Positions 17,796-28,645 of a stretch of DNA of 64,000 nucleotides are shown here, one piece after another. The stretch is from the NCBI GenBank assembly GCA_910587405.1, contig CAJUKS010000001.1:197325-261324 (forward strand), read 5' to 3'. The notes beneath the pieces are model-generated. The model worked only from the letters and a program-made list of their open reading frames with translations. It was not told the DNA's origin and made no database searches. This DNA is from an uncultured Alphaproteobacteria bacterium (lineage in GTDB: Bacteria > Pseudomonadota > Alphaproteobacteria > RF32 > CAG-239). Position numbers and translations under genes: made by a program. Each line of letters begins with the position of its first letter. The stretch's first letter is position 1.

Positions 17796-18761
17796 ATGAA
17801 GACAATACTTATTACGGGCGGAACCGGCTTTTTGGGCGCTAACTTGTGCCATCGGTTGATTGGTGAAGGACAGCGGGTTATCTGCGTAGACAATAATTAC
17901 ACTGGGCGCCTTTCGAATATTAAGGATATTCTGAATCATCCTAATTTTAGATTTATTAACCACGATATCTGTCAGCCGCTGGAAGTCGACGAACATTTGG
18001 ACCAGATTTATAACATGGCCTGTCCGGCAAGTCCGCCCGCCTATCAGGGCAAACACTCGATCACGACAACAAAAACCTGTGTGTTGGGGGCGATCAATAT
18101 GTTGGAATTGGCTAAAAAACATCACGCAACCATTTTACAGACCTCCACTTCCGAAGTTTATGGCGAACCGCTGGTTCACCCTCAGGTGGAAACATATCGC
18201 GGAAACGTCAATCCCAACGGTATCCGTGCCTGTTATGATGAAGGGAAACGATGCGCCGAGAGTCTGTTTTTTGATTATTGGCGTCATGAAGGGGTGGATA
18301 TTAAGGTTATCCGTATTTTCAACACCTACGGCCCCTATATGGATCCGAATGACGGCCGGGTTGTCAGCAACTTCATTTGTCAGGCCTTGCGCGGCGAGGA
18401 TATCACGATTTACGGCGACGGTCATCAGACCCGTTCGTTTTGTTATGTTGACGATTTGATCGAAGCAATGGTGAGGATGATGAACAGCCCCAAAGATTTT
18501 CAAGGGCCGGTTAATACCGGAAATCCCGGGGAGTTTACAATTCGGGAACTGGCGGAAATGGTGGTTGCAAAAATCGGCTGCGGTTCAAAAGTTGTTTATA
18601 TGGGATTGCCGAGTGATGATCCGACCCAGCGTCGGCCGGATATTACGCTGGCGCGCGCCAGATTGGGCTGGGAACCCCGGATCAAGCTCAGCGAAGGACT
18701 TGACAAGACTATTGAATATTTTCGCAAAGAAATAACCGCGGTAGCGGTTGCTGCCGAATAG
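17796..18761 (+). CDS. uxs: UDP-glucuronate decarboxylase (UDP-xylose synthase), SDR family
   Basis: 321 aa with GGTGFLG Rossmann, YxxxK, and UXS-like ...EVYGEP...YDEGKR motifs. Confidence 0.75.
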   Translation: MKTILITGGTGFLGANLCHRLIGEGQRVICVDNNYTGRLSNIKDILNHPNFRFINHDICQPLEVDEHLDQIYNMACPASPPAYQGKHSITTTKTCVLGAINMLELAKKHHATILQTSTSEVYGEPLVHPQVETYRGNVNPNGIRACYDEGKRCAESLFFDYWRHEGVDIKVIRIFNTYGPYMDPNDGRVVSNFICQALRGEDITIYGDGHQTRSFCYVDDLIEAMVRMMNSPKDFQGPVNTGNPGEFTIRELAEMVVAKIGCGSKVVYMGLPSDDPTQRRPDITLARARLGWEPRIKLSEGLDKTIEYFRKEITAVAVAAE

Positions 18762-18838
18762 CGGATCTGAAAAAGCCGGAATGAGCTTTCGTTCCGGCTC
18801 AACTGCAAAACGACGTCTACTAAGGAGAAGAAAGACTA

Positions 18839-19807
18839 ATGATACTGGTGACAGGCGGTGCCGGATATATCGGCTCTCATACGGTAAGGCACTTGCTGCA
18901 AAAAGGATATGAATGTGTGGTCGCCGACAATCTGGTGTACGGACACCGGGAAGCGGTGGCACCGGAGGCTCGGTTTGAAAAGGCCGATTTACTGGAGACG
19001 GAAAGTCTCAAAAAGATATTCAAAAAATATGAAATAGATGCGGTTATTCATTTTGCCGCTTTTGCTTATGTCGGCGAAAGCATGGAAAACCCGCAAAAAT
19101 ATTATCGCAATAATGTGGTCGGAACGCTGAATTTGCTCGAAGCCATGAGGGCGGCGTCTGTTGATAAAATCGTTTTTTCGAGCACTTGTGCGACTTATGG
19201 CGAACCCCAACGGCTGCCGATTGACGAAACGCATCCGCAAAAGCCGATCAATCCCTACGGGCGTTCCAAATTGATGATTGAACAAATTTTCGAAGATTAT
19301 CGCCGGGCTTACGGACTGAATTATATTTGTCTGCGTTATTTTAACGCGGCCGGTGCCGCGGCCGACGGGCAGATCGGGGAAAGCCATATGCCCGAAACCC
19401 ATCTGATTCCGCTGGTACTCAAAGCCGTCAAAGGGGAAAGAGAATGCGTGAAGGTATTTGGAACCGATTATGATACGGCGGACGGCACCTGTGTTCGCGA
19501 TTATGTTCATGTGGAAGATCTGGCCCAGGCGCATCGACTGGCGCTGGAAAAAGTCGGTGTTGTCAGCGGCTGTTTCAATTTGGGAACAGGAACCGGTACC
19601 AGCGTGCACGAAATTATTGCGGCAGCCGAGCAGGCAAGCGGCCGTAAATGTCCGGTCGAATATGCGGCGCGCCGTGCCGGAGATCCTGCCCGACTGTATG
19701 CAGACAGCCGCAAAGCCCGCGAAGTTTTGGGCTGGGTGCCGGTATATGATTCAATCGGCAAAATCATTAAATCGGCATGGCAATGGGAAACAAACAGGAA
19801 GTATTAA
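18839..19807 (+). CDS. galE: UDP-glucose 4-epimerase
   Basis: 322 aa with GGAGYIGSH, the YGRSKLMIE catalytic YxxxK, and GalE-typical DGTCVRDYVHVEDLA. Confidence 0.9.
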   Translation: MILVTGGAGYIGSHTVRHLLQKGYECVVADNLVYGHREAVAPEARFEKADLLETESLKKIFKKYEIDAVIHFAAFAYVGESMENPQKYYRNNVVGTLNLLEAMRAASVDKIVFSSTCATYGEPQRLPIDETHPQKPINPYGRSKLMIEQIFEDYRRAYGLNYICLRYFNAAGAAADGQIGESHMPETHLIPLVLKAVKGERECVKVFGTDYDTADGTCVRDYVHVEDLAQAHRLALEKVGVVSGCFNLGTGTGTSVHEIIAAAEQASGRKCPVEYAARRAGDPARLYADSRKAREVLGWVPVYDSIGKIIKSAWQWETNRKY

Positions 19808-19808
19808 A

Positions 19809-20948
19809 ATGCGCAAAGTACAAAATTTGATTGTCGGCTGCGGTTTGTCCGGCATGGTGTTGGCAGAAAGAATAGCTTCGCAGCTTGGAGAAGAAGTGCT
19901 GGTGATTGACAAAAGGGACCATATCGGCGGCAATATTTACGATTATAAAGATTCGTCCGGCGTGACCGTCCATAAATACGGTCCGCACGTGTTTCATACC
20001 AGATATAAAGAAGTGTGGGATTATCTGAGCCGTTTTACCGACTGGCACTATTTTATGTACCGGGTTAAGGCTGTTATAGACGGCGAAGAAGTCAATATTC
20101 CGTTTAACCTTGACAGTCTTTATAAAGTGTTTCCGCACAAATTGGCAACGGACCTGGAAGCCAAATTGATTAAAAAATTCGGGTTCAATCACAAAGTGCC
20201 GATTTTGCAATTGCGCGAAAGCCGGGATCCCGATTTGGAATTTTTGGCAGAGTATGTCTATCAAAAGGTTTTTTTAGGTTATACGATAAAGCAGTGGGGG
20301 GTTACGCCGGAAGAACTTGATCCTTCGGTCAGCGGAAGAGTTCCGGTATACGTCAGCCGTGACAATCGTTATTTTCAGGACAAATATCAGGCCATACCCG
20401 CGCGCGGTTATACCGAAATGGCGCAGAATATGCTGAATCATCCGCTGATCCGGGTTGAACTGAACACCGATTTTGCCGATATTCGCGAAAAAACGTTATA
20501 TGAGCGGTTGTTTTACTCGGGACCGATTGACGAGTTCTTTTCTTTTGAACTGGGAAAGCTTCCTTATCGCAGTCTGGATATCCGTTTCAGGCGGTTTGAC
20601 CGGGAATATTATCAGAGCGGGCCGCAAATTAATTATCCCGAAAACTACGATTTTACCCGCAGTGTCGAATATAAGTATTATTTGGGAGAGGAAACCGCGC
20701 AGACAGTGATCTCGGAAGAATATTCCCAGCCCTATATATCCGGAAAAAACGAACGGTACTACCCGGTTCCGGATCAGAAAAATCAAGAACTGTACGACAA
20801 ATACCGGCGGAAGGCGGCAGCCTGTCCGAATGTGTATTTTGTCGGACGTTTGGGAGACTATAAGTATTATAACATGGACGAAACCGTAAAAAGAGCGTTA
20901 GAATTGTATGAAAGGATTGAAACGAATGAAGTGCGAAAAGTCAGTTAA
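19809..20948 (+). CDS. glf: UDP-galactopyranose mutase
   Basis: The internal Met (MRKVQNLIVGCGLSGMVLAERIA) gives a GxGxxG FAD-binding N-terminus. The overall match is to Glf at about 379 aa. The track ORF from 19458 is an in-frame upstream extension that overlaps galE. Confidence 0.88.
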   Translation: MRKVQNLIVGCGLSGMVLAERIASQLGEEVLVIDKRDHIGGNIYDYKDSSGVTVHKYGPHVFHTRYKEVWDYLSRFTDWHYFMYRVKAVIDGEEVNIPFNLDSLYKVFPHKLATDLEAKLIKKFGFNHKVPILQLRESRDPDLEFLAEYVYQKVFLGYTIKQWGVTPEELDPSVSGRVPVYVSRDNRYFQDKYQAIPARGYTEMAQNMLNHPLIRVELNTDFADIREKTLYERLFYSGPIDEFFSFELGKLPYRSLDIRFRRFDREYYQSGPQINYPENYDFTRSVEYKYYLGEETAQTVISEEYSQPYISGKNERYYPVPDQKNQELYDKYRRKAAACPNVYFVGRLGDYKYYNMDETVKRALELYERIETNEVRKVS

Positions 20949-22923
20949 AATTTTGGTCGGCTGCCACAAACCGGCAGTGTTGTTGAAATCGGAAGTTTTG
21001 GTGCCGATACATCTGGGGCGGGCGCTCGGAACCGGTTTTTCGAAAGACGGGATGATCAACCGGGCCAATTATCAATGGATGATTGATCATATGATCGGCG
21101 ACGACACCGGTGACAACATCTCGATCGAGAACCGTTATTTGAATGAGCTGACAGCGATTTACTGGGCATGGAAGAACCAGGATCAGCTCGGCAATCCGGA
21201 TTATATCGGCTTTATGCATTATCGCCGTCATTTGTCGTTTAATCTCAACAAAAAGTTCAACAGTACCAAATACGGGGTTGTAGAAGAACAAAAAATCGAC
21301 GACGAGTACATAAGCAAATATCATCTGGACGATTTTAACATCACCAACGTTGTTTGCCGTTATGACGTAGTGGTTGCCGAACGGACCGATTTGAAAAAGC
21401 TCGGAACCCTGACGCCGTACAATCACTATGAAAATTCGGAAAAGAAGCTGCATATCAAAGATTATGAAAGGGTGCTTGACATCCTTAACCGGAAATATCC
21501 CGAATATGCGGAAGACGCGGTCAGTTACAATAACGGTGACCATGCCTTTTTTACCAACGTTTTTGTCATGAAAAAAGACATTTACAATCGGTATTGCGAA
21601 TGGTTGTTCGATATTTTGGGCGAAGCTCGGGAGCAGGTTGACATTTCCGGTTATAACGTTCAGGAAGCCCGGGCGCTGGCCTATATTGCGGAGTGGCTTT
21701 GCGGAATTTACATCACCCGCTTAATACGCGAAGGTTATAAGGTTTGCGAATTGCAGGAAACCCTGGTATACGATACCGATATTTTGCCCGAAATCAAACC
21801 GGCTTTTGCACAAAATAACATTCCGGTCTGTTTGTCTACCGACGAAAACTATGTTTTGTATACCGGGGTGGCGGTGCAGTCGATTATTGACAATGCGAGT
21901 GAGCGGTATAACTATGACATCATTATTCTTGCCAAAGGCGTTCCTCCGGCGGAACGGAGCAAACTTTTGCAGCTGATTGCCGGGCGGGACAATTTCAGCA
22001 TTCGTTTCGTCGATATCCAAAAATATATCAGCAAGGTTATGAGCGGTTTGTTCTTTACTGCCGCGCATTTTTCCGAAGCCGTTTATTATCGGATTTTCAT
22101 TTCCAAAATTTTAACCGGTTATGACAAGGTTCTGTATATTGATTCGGATTTGGTCGTGACCGAAGATATTGCCAACCTCTATCATGAGGATATCAAAGGT
22201 GAGGCGTTGGGGGCGGTGATTGATACCGAAATTATCCGTATGTATCACAATGACGTTAATATCACCGCCTATGTCGACAAAACTTTAGGCTTAAAAACCC
22301 CGGCGTGTTATTTTAATTCCGGAGTGTTGATCATGTCGCTGGAAAAAATCCGCACTTATGATCTGGAAGAACGTTTTATTGCGGTAATGAGCCGGATTAA
22401 GTCGCCTTACATGGTGGATCAGGATATTCTGAATGTAATTTTTGAGGGTGACGTTCATTTTCTGGACGGTGCATGGAACTATGAATACCATCTGCCGATC
22501 TGGTCTCCGGATTATGCGGATCAGCTGCCGTTTGAGACGCTGGCGGTTTATCAGAAGAGCAGGGAAAATGCCAAGATTGTTCATTTTGCAGGTTCCAAAA
22601 AGCCGTGGCGTTATCCTCAGTATGACATGGCCGGCTGGTTTTGGAAATATGCCCGCCGGACGCCTTTTTACGAAGAAATCCTGTTTCGCAATCTTTCAAT
22701 GCCGCAAGTGAAAGAAGTAAAAGAAATCAAAGAAAAAGTCGGTTATGTGGACGATTATTTGTTGACAAAACTGAAATATGCCAAATATAAATTGTTGTCA
22801 AAAATTATGTTCGGGCGCAAAAGAAAAATGTGTCGTCAGAAAAGAAAAGAGCTGAAAAGAGAACTGAAGCGGATAAAGGGCTGCTATCGGATGCAGGAAC
22901 AAAACGCGCAAAAAGCGGCCTAG
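20926..22923 (+). CDS. Two-domain glycosyltransferase: N-terminal DUF4422-like domain plus C-terminal GT8 (RfaJ/WaaI-like)
   Basis: The C-terminal half has the GT8 DxD (YIDSDLVV) and ...YFNSGVLIM...DQDILN motifs. The N-terminal ~280 aa is a separate domain. A basic tail KYKLLSKIMFGRKRK... closes the protein. Start chosen at MKCEK, which has an RBS (aagga). Confidence 0.7.
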   Translation: MKCEKSVKILVGCHKPAVLLKSEVLVPIHLGRALGTGFSKDGMINRANYQWMIDHMIGDDTGDNISIENRYLNELTAIYWAWKNQDQLGNPDYIGFMHYRRHLSFNLNKKFNSTKYGVVEEQKIDDEYISKYHLDDFNITNVVCRYDVVVAERTDLKKLGTLTPYNHYENSEKKLHIKDYERVLDILNRKYPEYAEDAVSYNNGDHAFFTNVFVMKKDIYNRYCEWLFDILGEAREQVDISGYNVQEARALAYIAEWLCGIYITRLIREGYKVCELQETLVYDTDILPEIKPAFAQNNIPVCLSTDENYVLYTGVAVQSIIDNASERYNYDIIILAKGVPPAERSKLLQLIAGRDNFSIRFVDIQKYISKVMSGLFFTAAHFSEAVYYRIFISKILTGYDKVLYIDSDLVVTEDIANLYHEDIKGEALGAVIDTEIIRMYHNDVNITAYVDKTLGLKTPACYFNSGVLIMSLEKIRTYDLEERFIAVMSRIKSPYMVDQDILNVIFEGDVHFLDGAWNYEYHLPIWSPDYADQLPFETLAVYQKSRENAKIVHFAGSKKPWRYPQYDMAGWFWKYARRTPFYEEILFRNLSMPQVKEVKEIKEKVGYVDDYLLTKLKYAKYKLLSKIMFGRKRKMCRQKRKELKRELKRIKGCYRMQEQNAQKAA

Positions 22924-22989
22924 CCGGTGCGGAACTGAAAAAGTGTTTTTTCTGGCATAAACTTTGTTGACTTTGAAAAAGGGAAAAAA

Positions 22990-24051
22990 ATGGCTGAAAT
23001 TTCGGTTATCATTCCGGTTTACAATGCCGGGCAATATATTGAAAAATGTTTGGACGCCTTGTGCAGGCAGACTTTTTCCGACATCGAAATATTGTGCATC
23101 GATGACGGTTCGAGCGACGATACCTGGCAGCATATTGCAAAACATGCTGCCGAAGACAAGCGGATCAGGGCATGGCGACAGCAGAACGCCGGTCCGGCAG
23201 CGACGCGAAACCGCGGGTTGCAAAATGCCTCCGCCCCTTATATTATGTTTTGTGATGCCGACGACTGGTATGAGCCGGACTTTTGTCGACGAATGCTCGA
23301 AATTATGAAGACGGAAGATACCGATACGGCGGTAGCCTGCTGCCATGTGGTGGTGGAAGATTGCGATTGCGCCGAGCGGGAAATTTCCGAAAGTCATTAC
23401 AATTCGTCGTTAAGCGGTCGTTTTGCAATGACGGACAGGCTTTGTCAACGAACCTCGGTCGTGTTGTGGAACAAGATATTCAAGAAAGAGCTGATCGATC
23501 GTTACGGCATTTGTTTTCCGGAGGGGTGCGAGCATGACGACGATGTGTTTTGGACGTTGTACGGCATGGTGTCAAAGAGCGTTTATTTTGAAAAACAAAA
23601 GCTCTACAATTATCGTATCCGTCCCAATTCGATCATGAGCAATTACTTTAACCGTAAGCCGAAGGACAAATACGACCGCTTGAAGGTAAGCCGTTTTGTT
23701 GTCGAATTTTGGCGTCGGGGGCAATTGCCGGCGGAAAAACGGGCGGCCGTATCCGATTTTTGCCGCACCCAGATCAGCATTATGTTTTTTGACCTGTTTT
23801 CGCCGGAAGAACTGGAACAGATCGTCGCCGAAGCCAACCGGATGGAGTTGGATTATTGTTTTGCCATCCGCAAAGGCAAAATTTTCATGGCGCAAAGGGA
23901 AGGTTTGGAAGAGGCCGGACGGATAAAACTGTTGAAATATATTTTGCTGTCTAAATTGACGTTTGGCTCTAAACGGAAAATATATAAACAGGAAAAGAAA
24001 ACCGTGCGCAACCAGCTGCGGATGAAAAAACTGCTCGGCAGGGCCGTGTAG
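22990..24051 (+). CDS. Family 2 glycosyltransferase
   Basis: ISVIIPVYNAGQYIEKCLDALCRQTFSDIEILCIDDGSSDDT, a DxD and the GT-A fold. The C-terminal tail KYILLSKLTFGSKRK... parallels the upstream GT8. Confidence 0.85.
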   Translation: MAEISVIIPVYNAGQYIEKCLDALCRQTFSDIEILCIDDGSSDDTWQHIAKHAAEDKRIRAWRQQNAGPAATRNRGLQNASAPYIMFCDADDWYEPDFCRRMLEIMKTEDTDTAVACCHVVVEDCDCAEREISESHYNSSLSGRFAMTDRLCQRTSVVLWNKIFKKELIDRYGICFPEGCEHDDDVFWTLYGMVSKSVYFEKQKLYNYRIRPNSIMSNYFNRKPKDKYDRLKVSRFVVEFWRRGQLPAEKRAAVSDFCRTQISIMFFDLFSPEELEQIVAEANRMELDYCFAIRKGKIFMAQREGLEEAGRIKLLKYILLSKLTFGSKRKIYKQEKKTVRNQLRMKKLLGRAV

Positions 24052-24056
24052 GCTTT

Positions 24057-25457
24057 TTATCTTTCCCGCATGCTTTCGTCAAGGTATTTCATCAACGGCG
24101 AGAGCAGATATTCGATAACGCGGCGTTTGCCGGTTTTGATCTCGGCGGTGATGCTCATCCCCGGTTTGAGCCGTATGGTTTTGCCGTCGGCGCGGATGGT
24201 GTTGTCGCTGAGAGTCAGGCGTGCGGCAAAGATCAGCCCCAGTTTTTCGTCTTGGACGGCGTCTTCGGAAATTTGGCGGACTTTTGCCTTGACGGTGCCG
24301 TATTTGGTAAAGGGAAAACTGTCGATTTTGATTTCTACCGGCTGGTTTGGGCGCACAAAACCGATATCTTGGTTTAAAATCATGACTTCGGCCTCAAGCT
24401 TATAGTTTTCGGGGACCAAGTTCATGATCGGTTTGGCGGCTTCGACGACGCCTCCGTGCGTATGATAGGCCAACTGTTGAACATAGCCTGATACCGGAGC
24501 TTTGACGACGGTGCGTTTCAGTGCCTGTTGATATTTGATCAATTCCTGCCGGTACGATTCCAGTTTTTCGCTGCTTTCGGTCAGTTCCTGAGCCAGGTTG
24601 CGGTCAAATTCGGCCAGATATTGCGCGGATTGTTTCTTAAAATATTTGATGTTTTCTTCGGTTTCGGCCATTTTCTTCATCTGAACGTTTCTCTGTTCCT
24701 GCAGGTTGGTCAGTTCTTCTTCCTGTTCCAAAAAAGTGAGCCGGGCGAGCAGTTGCTTGTCGACCAATATTCTTTTTTTGTCAATGCGTTCGCGCACACT
24801 TGGCAAAAGCCTGTCAATCCGGTTCAGTTCGGCGGCAATCGTGTCTTTTTCTTTTTCGGCTTTGTCAATCTGACCTTGCAGAACTTCTTTTTGTGCATTT
24901 TTTTCGGCGATCTGACTTTTGAGCAGATTCTGGTGGATACGCACCAGGTCTGAGTGGGTATGGTCGCGATAGTCAAAATTTGCGAGCGGATCGCCGCTTA
25001 ACATTGCTTGGAGGCGGGCAACCGAAATTTCCAATCCCGTGATTTCGTTTTGAATTCGGTTGATGTTGGCCTGCACTTCGGTTTGATCAAATTTGATCAG
25101 CTTCTGACCCGCTTCAACGTATTGTCCTTCCTGAACGTAGATTTGTTCGATTTCGCTGTCCTGAAGGGTTTGGACGGTTTTGATGTTTGAGGCCGGAAGA
25201 AGTTTTCCCGGTGCGGTGGCAATGATGTCGATTTTGCCGCAAAACGACCATACGGCAAAAACGGCAAACATCAGCATAATGCCCCAGCCAAGCAATCTTG
25301 CGGCCGGAGAGGGCGACGTTTCTGTAATTTCGAGGACCGCGGGCAGAAATTCTCTTTCGAGGCAGTTCATGTTTTTGATTCTGTCGGTTGAGGCGTTTTT
25401 CTCCTGTAATAAGGCGAGACGGACAATTTCCGCATATTTTTTTATTTGGTTCAGCAT
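24057..25457 (-). CDS. hlyD: HlyD-family type I secretion periplasmic adaptor (membrane fusion protein)
   Basis: The start is set at MLNQIKKY, 4 nt after the hlyB stop. It has an N-terminal TM, a long coiled-coil and a C-terminal beta domain. Confidence 0.9.
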   Translation of the reverse strand: MLNQIKKYAEIVRLALLQEKNASTDRIKNMNCLEREFLPAVLEITETSPSPAARLLGWGIMLMFAVFAVWSFCGKIDIIATAPGKLLPASNIKTVQTLQDSEIEQIYVQEGQYVEAGQKLIKFDQTEVQANINRIQNEITGLEISVARLQAMLSGDPLANFDYRDHTHSDLVRIHQNLLKSQIAEKNAQKEVLQGQIDKAEKEKDTIAAELNRIDRLLPSVRERIDKKRILVDKQLLARLTFLEQEEELTNLQEQRNVQMKKMAETEENIKYFKKQSAQYLAEFDRNLAQELTESSEKLESYRQELIKYQQALKRTVVKAPVSGYVQQLAYHTHGGVVEAAKPIMNLVPENYKLEAEVMILNQDIGFVRPNQPVEIKIDSFPFTKYGTVKAKVRQISEDAVQDEKLGLIFAARLTLSDNTIRADGKTIRLKPGMSITAEIKTGKRRVIEYLLSPLMKYLDESMRER

Positions 25458-25461
25458 CGGC

Positions 25462-27615
25462 TTACTCCGCAGCGTTTGTTGTTTCGGCCGTATCGCTCTG
25501 ACAGTTCCACAAATGGGCATAGCGGCCGCCGCGTTTTAACAGTTCCGGATGGGTTCCGGTTTCGGTAATTTTCCCTTTTTCGACGGTTATGATGCAATCG
25601 CAGTCGCGGACGGCAGACAGCCGGTGGGCGATGACAAATACGGTTCGGTCGCGGCAGATCGACGCCATGTTTCGGCGGATAATTTTTTCGGATTCATAGT
25701 CAAGGGCCGAAGTTGCCTCGTCGAAAATCAAAATGCGCGGATTGTTGACCAAAGCGCGGGCAATGGCAATCCGTTGGCGCTGACCGCCCGAAAGCGATGC
25801 GCCCCGTTCTTCAATCAGCGTGTCATATCCTTGCGGCAGTTCGGTGATAAAGTCGTGAGCCCCGGCCAGCTTGGCTGCCGCCATAACTTTTTCGGCAGAA
25901 ACCGCGGGGTTGGTAAGGGCGATGTTTTCGCGTACCGTTTTGTTAAACAAGAAATTTTCCTGCAAAACGACGCCGATTTGGCGCCGCAGCCAGGCAACGT
26001 CGACGGTGGAAATGTCGATGCCGTCAATTAAAACCTTGCCGCTTTCGGGAATATAGAGACGTTGAATAAGCTTGGTAATCGTAGATTTTCCCGATCCGCT
26101 GGGGCCGACAAAACCGATCTTTTGCCCGGCGCCGGCCTTAAAATTGATTTTTTTGAGAATCTCCGGCCCGTTAGGAAGATAACGAAAAACAATGTCGCGA
26201 AATTCGACTTCCCCGCGGATGGCGGGGAGACTGCCTTTGGATACGTTTTGGTTGTCTTCGGCCGGATTGTTAAGAATATCCGAAAGTTTTTCAATGGATA
26301 TCTTTGCCTGCTGAAAGTTTTGCCATAGTTGCGAAAGCCTGAGGATCGGCTGGGTAACGCGCCCGGAGAGCATATTGAACGCAATCAGCTGGCCGACCGA
26401 CAATTCACCTTTCATGACCAACGAAGCGCCGATCCACAATGTCAGGGCCATCGTGATTTTTTGTATCAATTGTACCAGTTGCCCGGCAATGTTGTTAATG
26501 TGCGAAGCGCGAAAAGAAGAGCCGACGTAAGCCGCCAACTGTTGTTCCCAACGGCGTTGCATTTGCGGTTCAACGGCCAACGACTTGACGGTTTCGACCC
26601 CGGAGACCGCTTCGACAAGAAAACACTGGTTTTCGGCGCCGCGGCGGAAACGTTCGTCGATCCGGGAGCGCAACAAGGGGGTGAACAACAGCGACAAAAC
26701 GATATAAAAAGGGATAGACAGCAGAACGATTAACGTTAATGTTGCCGAATAGAAAAACATGACGGTGAAAAAGACCAGGGTAAAGAAAAAATCGATCATC
26801 AGCGTGAGAGCGGAACCGGTAAGGAAACTGCGGATATTTTCCAGCTCGTGCACGCGGGCAACCGTATCGCCGACCCGTCGGGCACCGAAGTAGGCCAACG
26901 GCAGATGAATGAGATGTTTGAAAAGTCCGGCGCCCAATTCGACGTCAATCCGGGTTGTGGTATGGGAAAAGGTGTAAGTGCGCAAGGCGCCGAGAAGCGT
27001 TTCGAAAACGGAAATGCAAATCAAGGCCACCATTAAAACGTCGAGGCTGGACAGTCCGCGATTGACCAAAACTTTATCAATAACGACTTGAAACAGCAGC
27101 GGCGAGATCAGGGCAAAAAGCTGCAAAAAAAACGAAGCCAGAAGCACTTCGCCGAACAGACGCCGGTATTTGACCACGGCGGGAATAAACCACGAAATGT
27201 CAAATTTGCGGTTTTTGCCGCTGAGAAAGTCGCGGCAGGTCATCAGCAACAGCCTGCCGTTCCATTTTTGCAAAAATTGTTCTTTGCTTAAGATTTGCGG
27301 ATGATTTCCCGATTGCGGGTCCTGAATCAATACTTTGTCGGAAGTTGTACGCCCGATGACGAAATAGGTTCGGTCGTCGGCTTGGGCAATTGCCGGAAGA
27401 GTTATCTTATCGAGCCGTTCCCAGTCGGTTTGAATAAATCGGGCCTTGAAAGAAAATTCTTTGGCCAGTTGCAGCAGTTCGTATTCTTCAAAATGTGAAG
27501 TCCGGCGGTCGTATTTATGCTTAATTTGGTCGATGGAGATCGGTTTTTCAAAATAGTTGGCGAGAATTGCAAAACAGGCTAAACCGGTGTCAAGTGCAGG
27601 AAGATGCGTCGTCAT
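25462..27615 (-). CDS. hlyB: HlyB-like type I secretion ABC exporter with a non-catalytic C39-like N-terminal domain
   Basis: 717 aa with a six-TM domain, Walker A GPSGSGKST, an LSGGQRQR signature and Walker B ILIFDEATSALD. The N-terminal domain reads DTGLACF, with Thr where a C39 peptidase has its catalytic Cys. This makes it a C39-like domain, typical of RTX-substrate transporters. Confidence 0.9.
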   Translation of the reverse strand: MTTHLPALDTGLACFAILANYFEKPISIDQIKHKYDRRTSHFEEYELLQLAKEFSFKARFIQTDWERLDKITLPAIAQADDRTYFVIGRTTSDKVLIQDPQSGNHPQILSKEQFLQKWNGRLLLMTCRDFLSGKNRKFDISWFIPAVVKYRRLFGEVLLASFFLQLFALISPLLFQVVIDKVLVNRGLSSLDVLMVALICISVFETLLGALRTYTFSHTTTRIDVELGAGLFKHLIHLPLAYFGARRVGDTVARVHELENIRSFLTGSALTLMIDFFFTLVFFTVMFFYSATLTLIVLLSIPFYIVLSLLFTPLLRSRIDERFRRGAENQCFLVEAVSGVETVKSLAVEPQMQRRWEQQLAAYVGSSFRASHINNIAGQLVQLIQKITMALTLWIGASLVMKGELSVGQLIAFNMLSGRVTQPILRLSQLWQNFQQAKISIEKLSDILNNPAEDNQNVSKGSLPAIRGEVEFRDIVFRYLPNGPEILKKINFKAGAGQKIGFVGPSGSGKSTITKLIQRLYIPESGKVLIDGIDISTVDVAWLRRQIGVVLQENFLFNKTVRENIALTNPAVSAEKVMAAAKLAGAHDFITELPQGYDTLIEERGASLSGGQRQRIAIARALVNNPRILIFDEATSALDYESEKIIRRNMASICRDRTVFVIAHRLSAVRDCDCIITVEKGKITETGTHPELLKRGGRYAHLWNCQSDTAETTNAAE

Positions 27616-28286
27616 AGACTAAACCTTGGGTAGATTAATTATAAAAATTAGCTTAAAAGTATTTGTAAAAATGTCAATTATTTTAATCATAGATTGTGCT
27701 TCGGTTGATAACTCTGCCGACTCTGTTTTTCATCTTTTATATAATAAAATATATCTTGCCCTGTACTCCGAATCTTTTGTTCATTGATAACAAGCTAAAT
27801 TTTACTAAAAACAATTTTTATGCGAATGAAAATCTTTTTTACATCCTATAGTAAGTTAAATAATTGAATGTTATACACAAAGTTGTATTTTTTATTTAAA
27901 AAATAGAGACAAATAAAAATATGCAATTATTATTTGATCGTAGATAATGATCTGTAATTGCTTGAGTATAGGAATAATAAGTATGAAGAAAATCTCGGCT
28001 GACCCTTCTTTAAAAGATGTTTCCGTATCAACCGAAACCGAAGCTAAATCACCGACCGGTGATTCCAAAAACAAGAACACGTTGCATTTTAGTGATGCAA
28101 ATACTAACGAAAATAAAAAATCGATGGATATTCCGATTTCTTATAACGAATATAATCTGCACGAAGCAATTACAACCGATAAAAGCGGAGAACTGAAAGA
28201 CTTGGTTCGCAAGTTTTTACAATTGTCGGATTTATTGAATTGTTTGTTGTTATCGATTTTGTGGAATTTGGCCTGATTGAGCCTTT

Positions 28287-28330
28287 GTTACTCATCGGGG
28301 TTTATTTTGGTCATGACGGAAACGGTTTTT
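28287..28330 (+). repeat. Diverged ~45-bp fragment of the RTX gene (matches 32797..32842)
   Basis: ggggtttattttggtcatgacggaaacggtttttgggga versus agtttattttgaccatgacggaaacggttttcgggaaaa. Confidence 0.45.
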
Positions 28331-28645
28331 GGGGAAATATTTGTGTCTCGTGAAGGCCGAGTCGCGTGAAAAATACATTTTTTTTGAAGACAGTTGCGGA
28401 AAGCAGCTGTTTTTTTTACAAATTAGTAATATTTTTTTAAAAAAAATTCTACTAAAGGTGGTGAAACTTTTTAGTGTAGCGCTTTTTTATATTTCTGAAA
28501 ATATTAGGAAAAAATAAACAGTTAATACACAATAATAAGTTGTGATGTTTTTAACTGATAATAATAGTTGTATTTTTCTATTGATAATATCTATTAAAAA
28601 TTGCACCATACTTAAAGTGGTAAGGAAATAATAAAAAGAAATAGC

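Noticed and set aside
17502-18125. 207-aa minus-strand ORF overlapping the start of the UDP-xylose synthase gene
   Set aside because: The plus-strand SDR Rossmann motif GGTGFLG starts at 17796, and the minus ORF has no features.
19458-19808. Upstream extension of the glf ORF overlapping galE
   Set aside because: Same-frame read-through region. A true start with a Glf-type FAD-binding N-terminus is at 19809, one nt after the galE stop.
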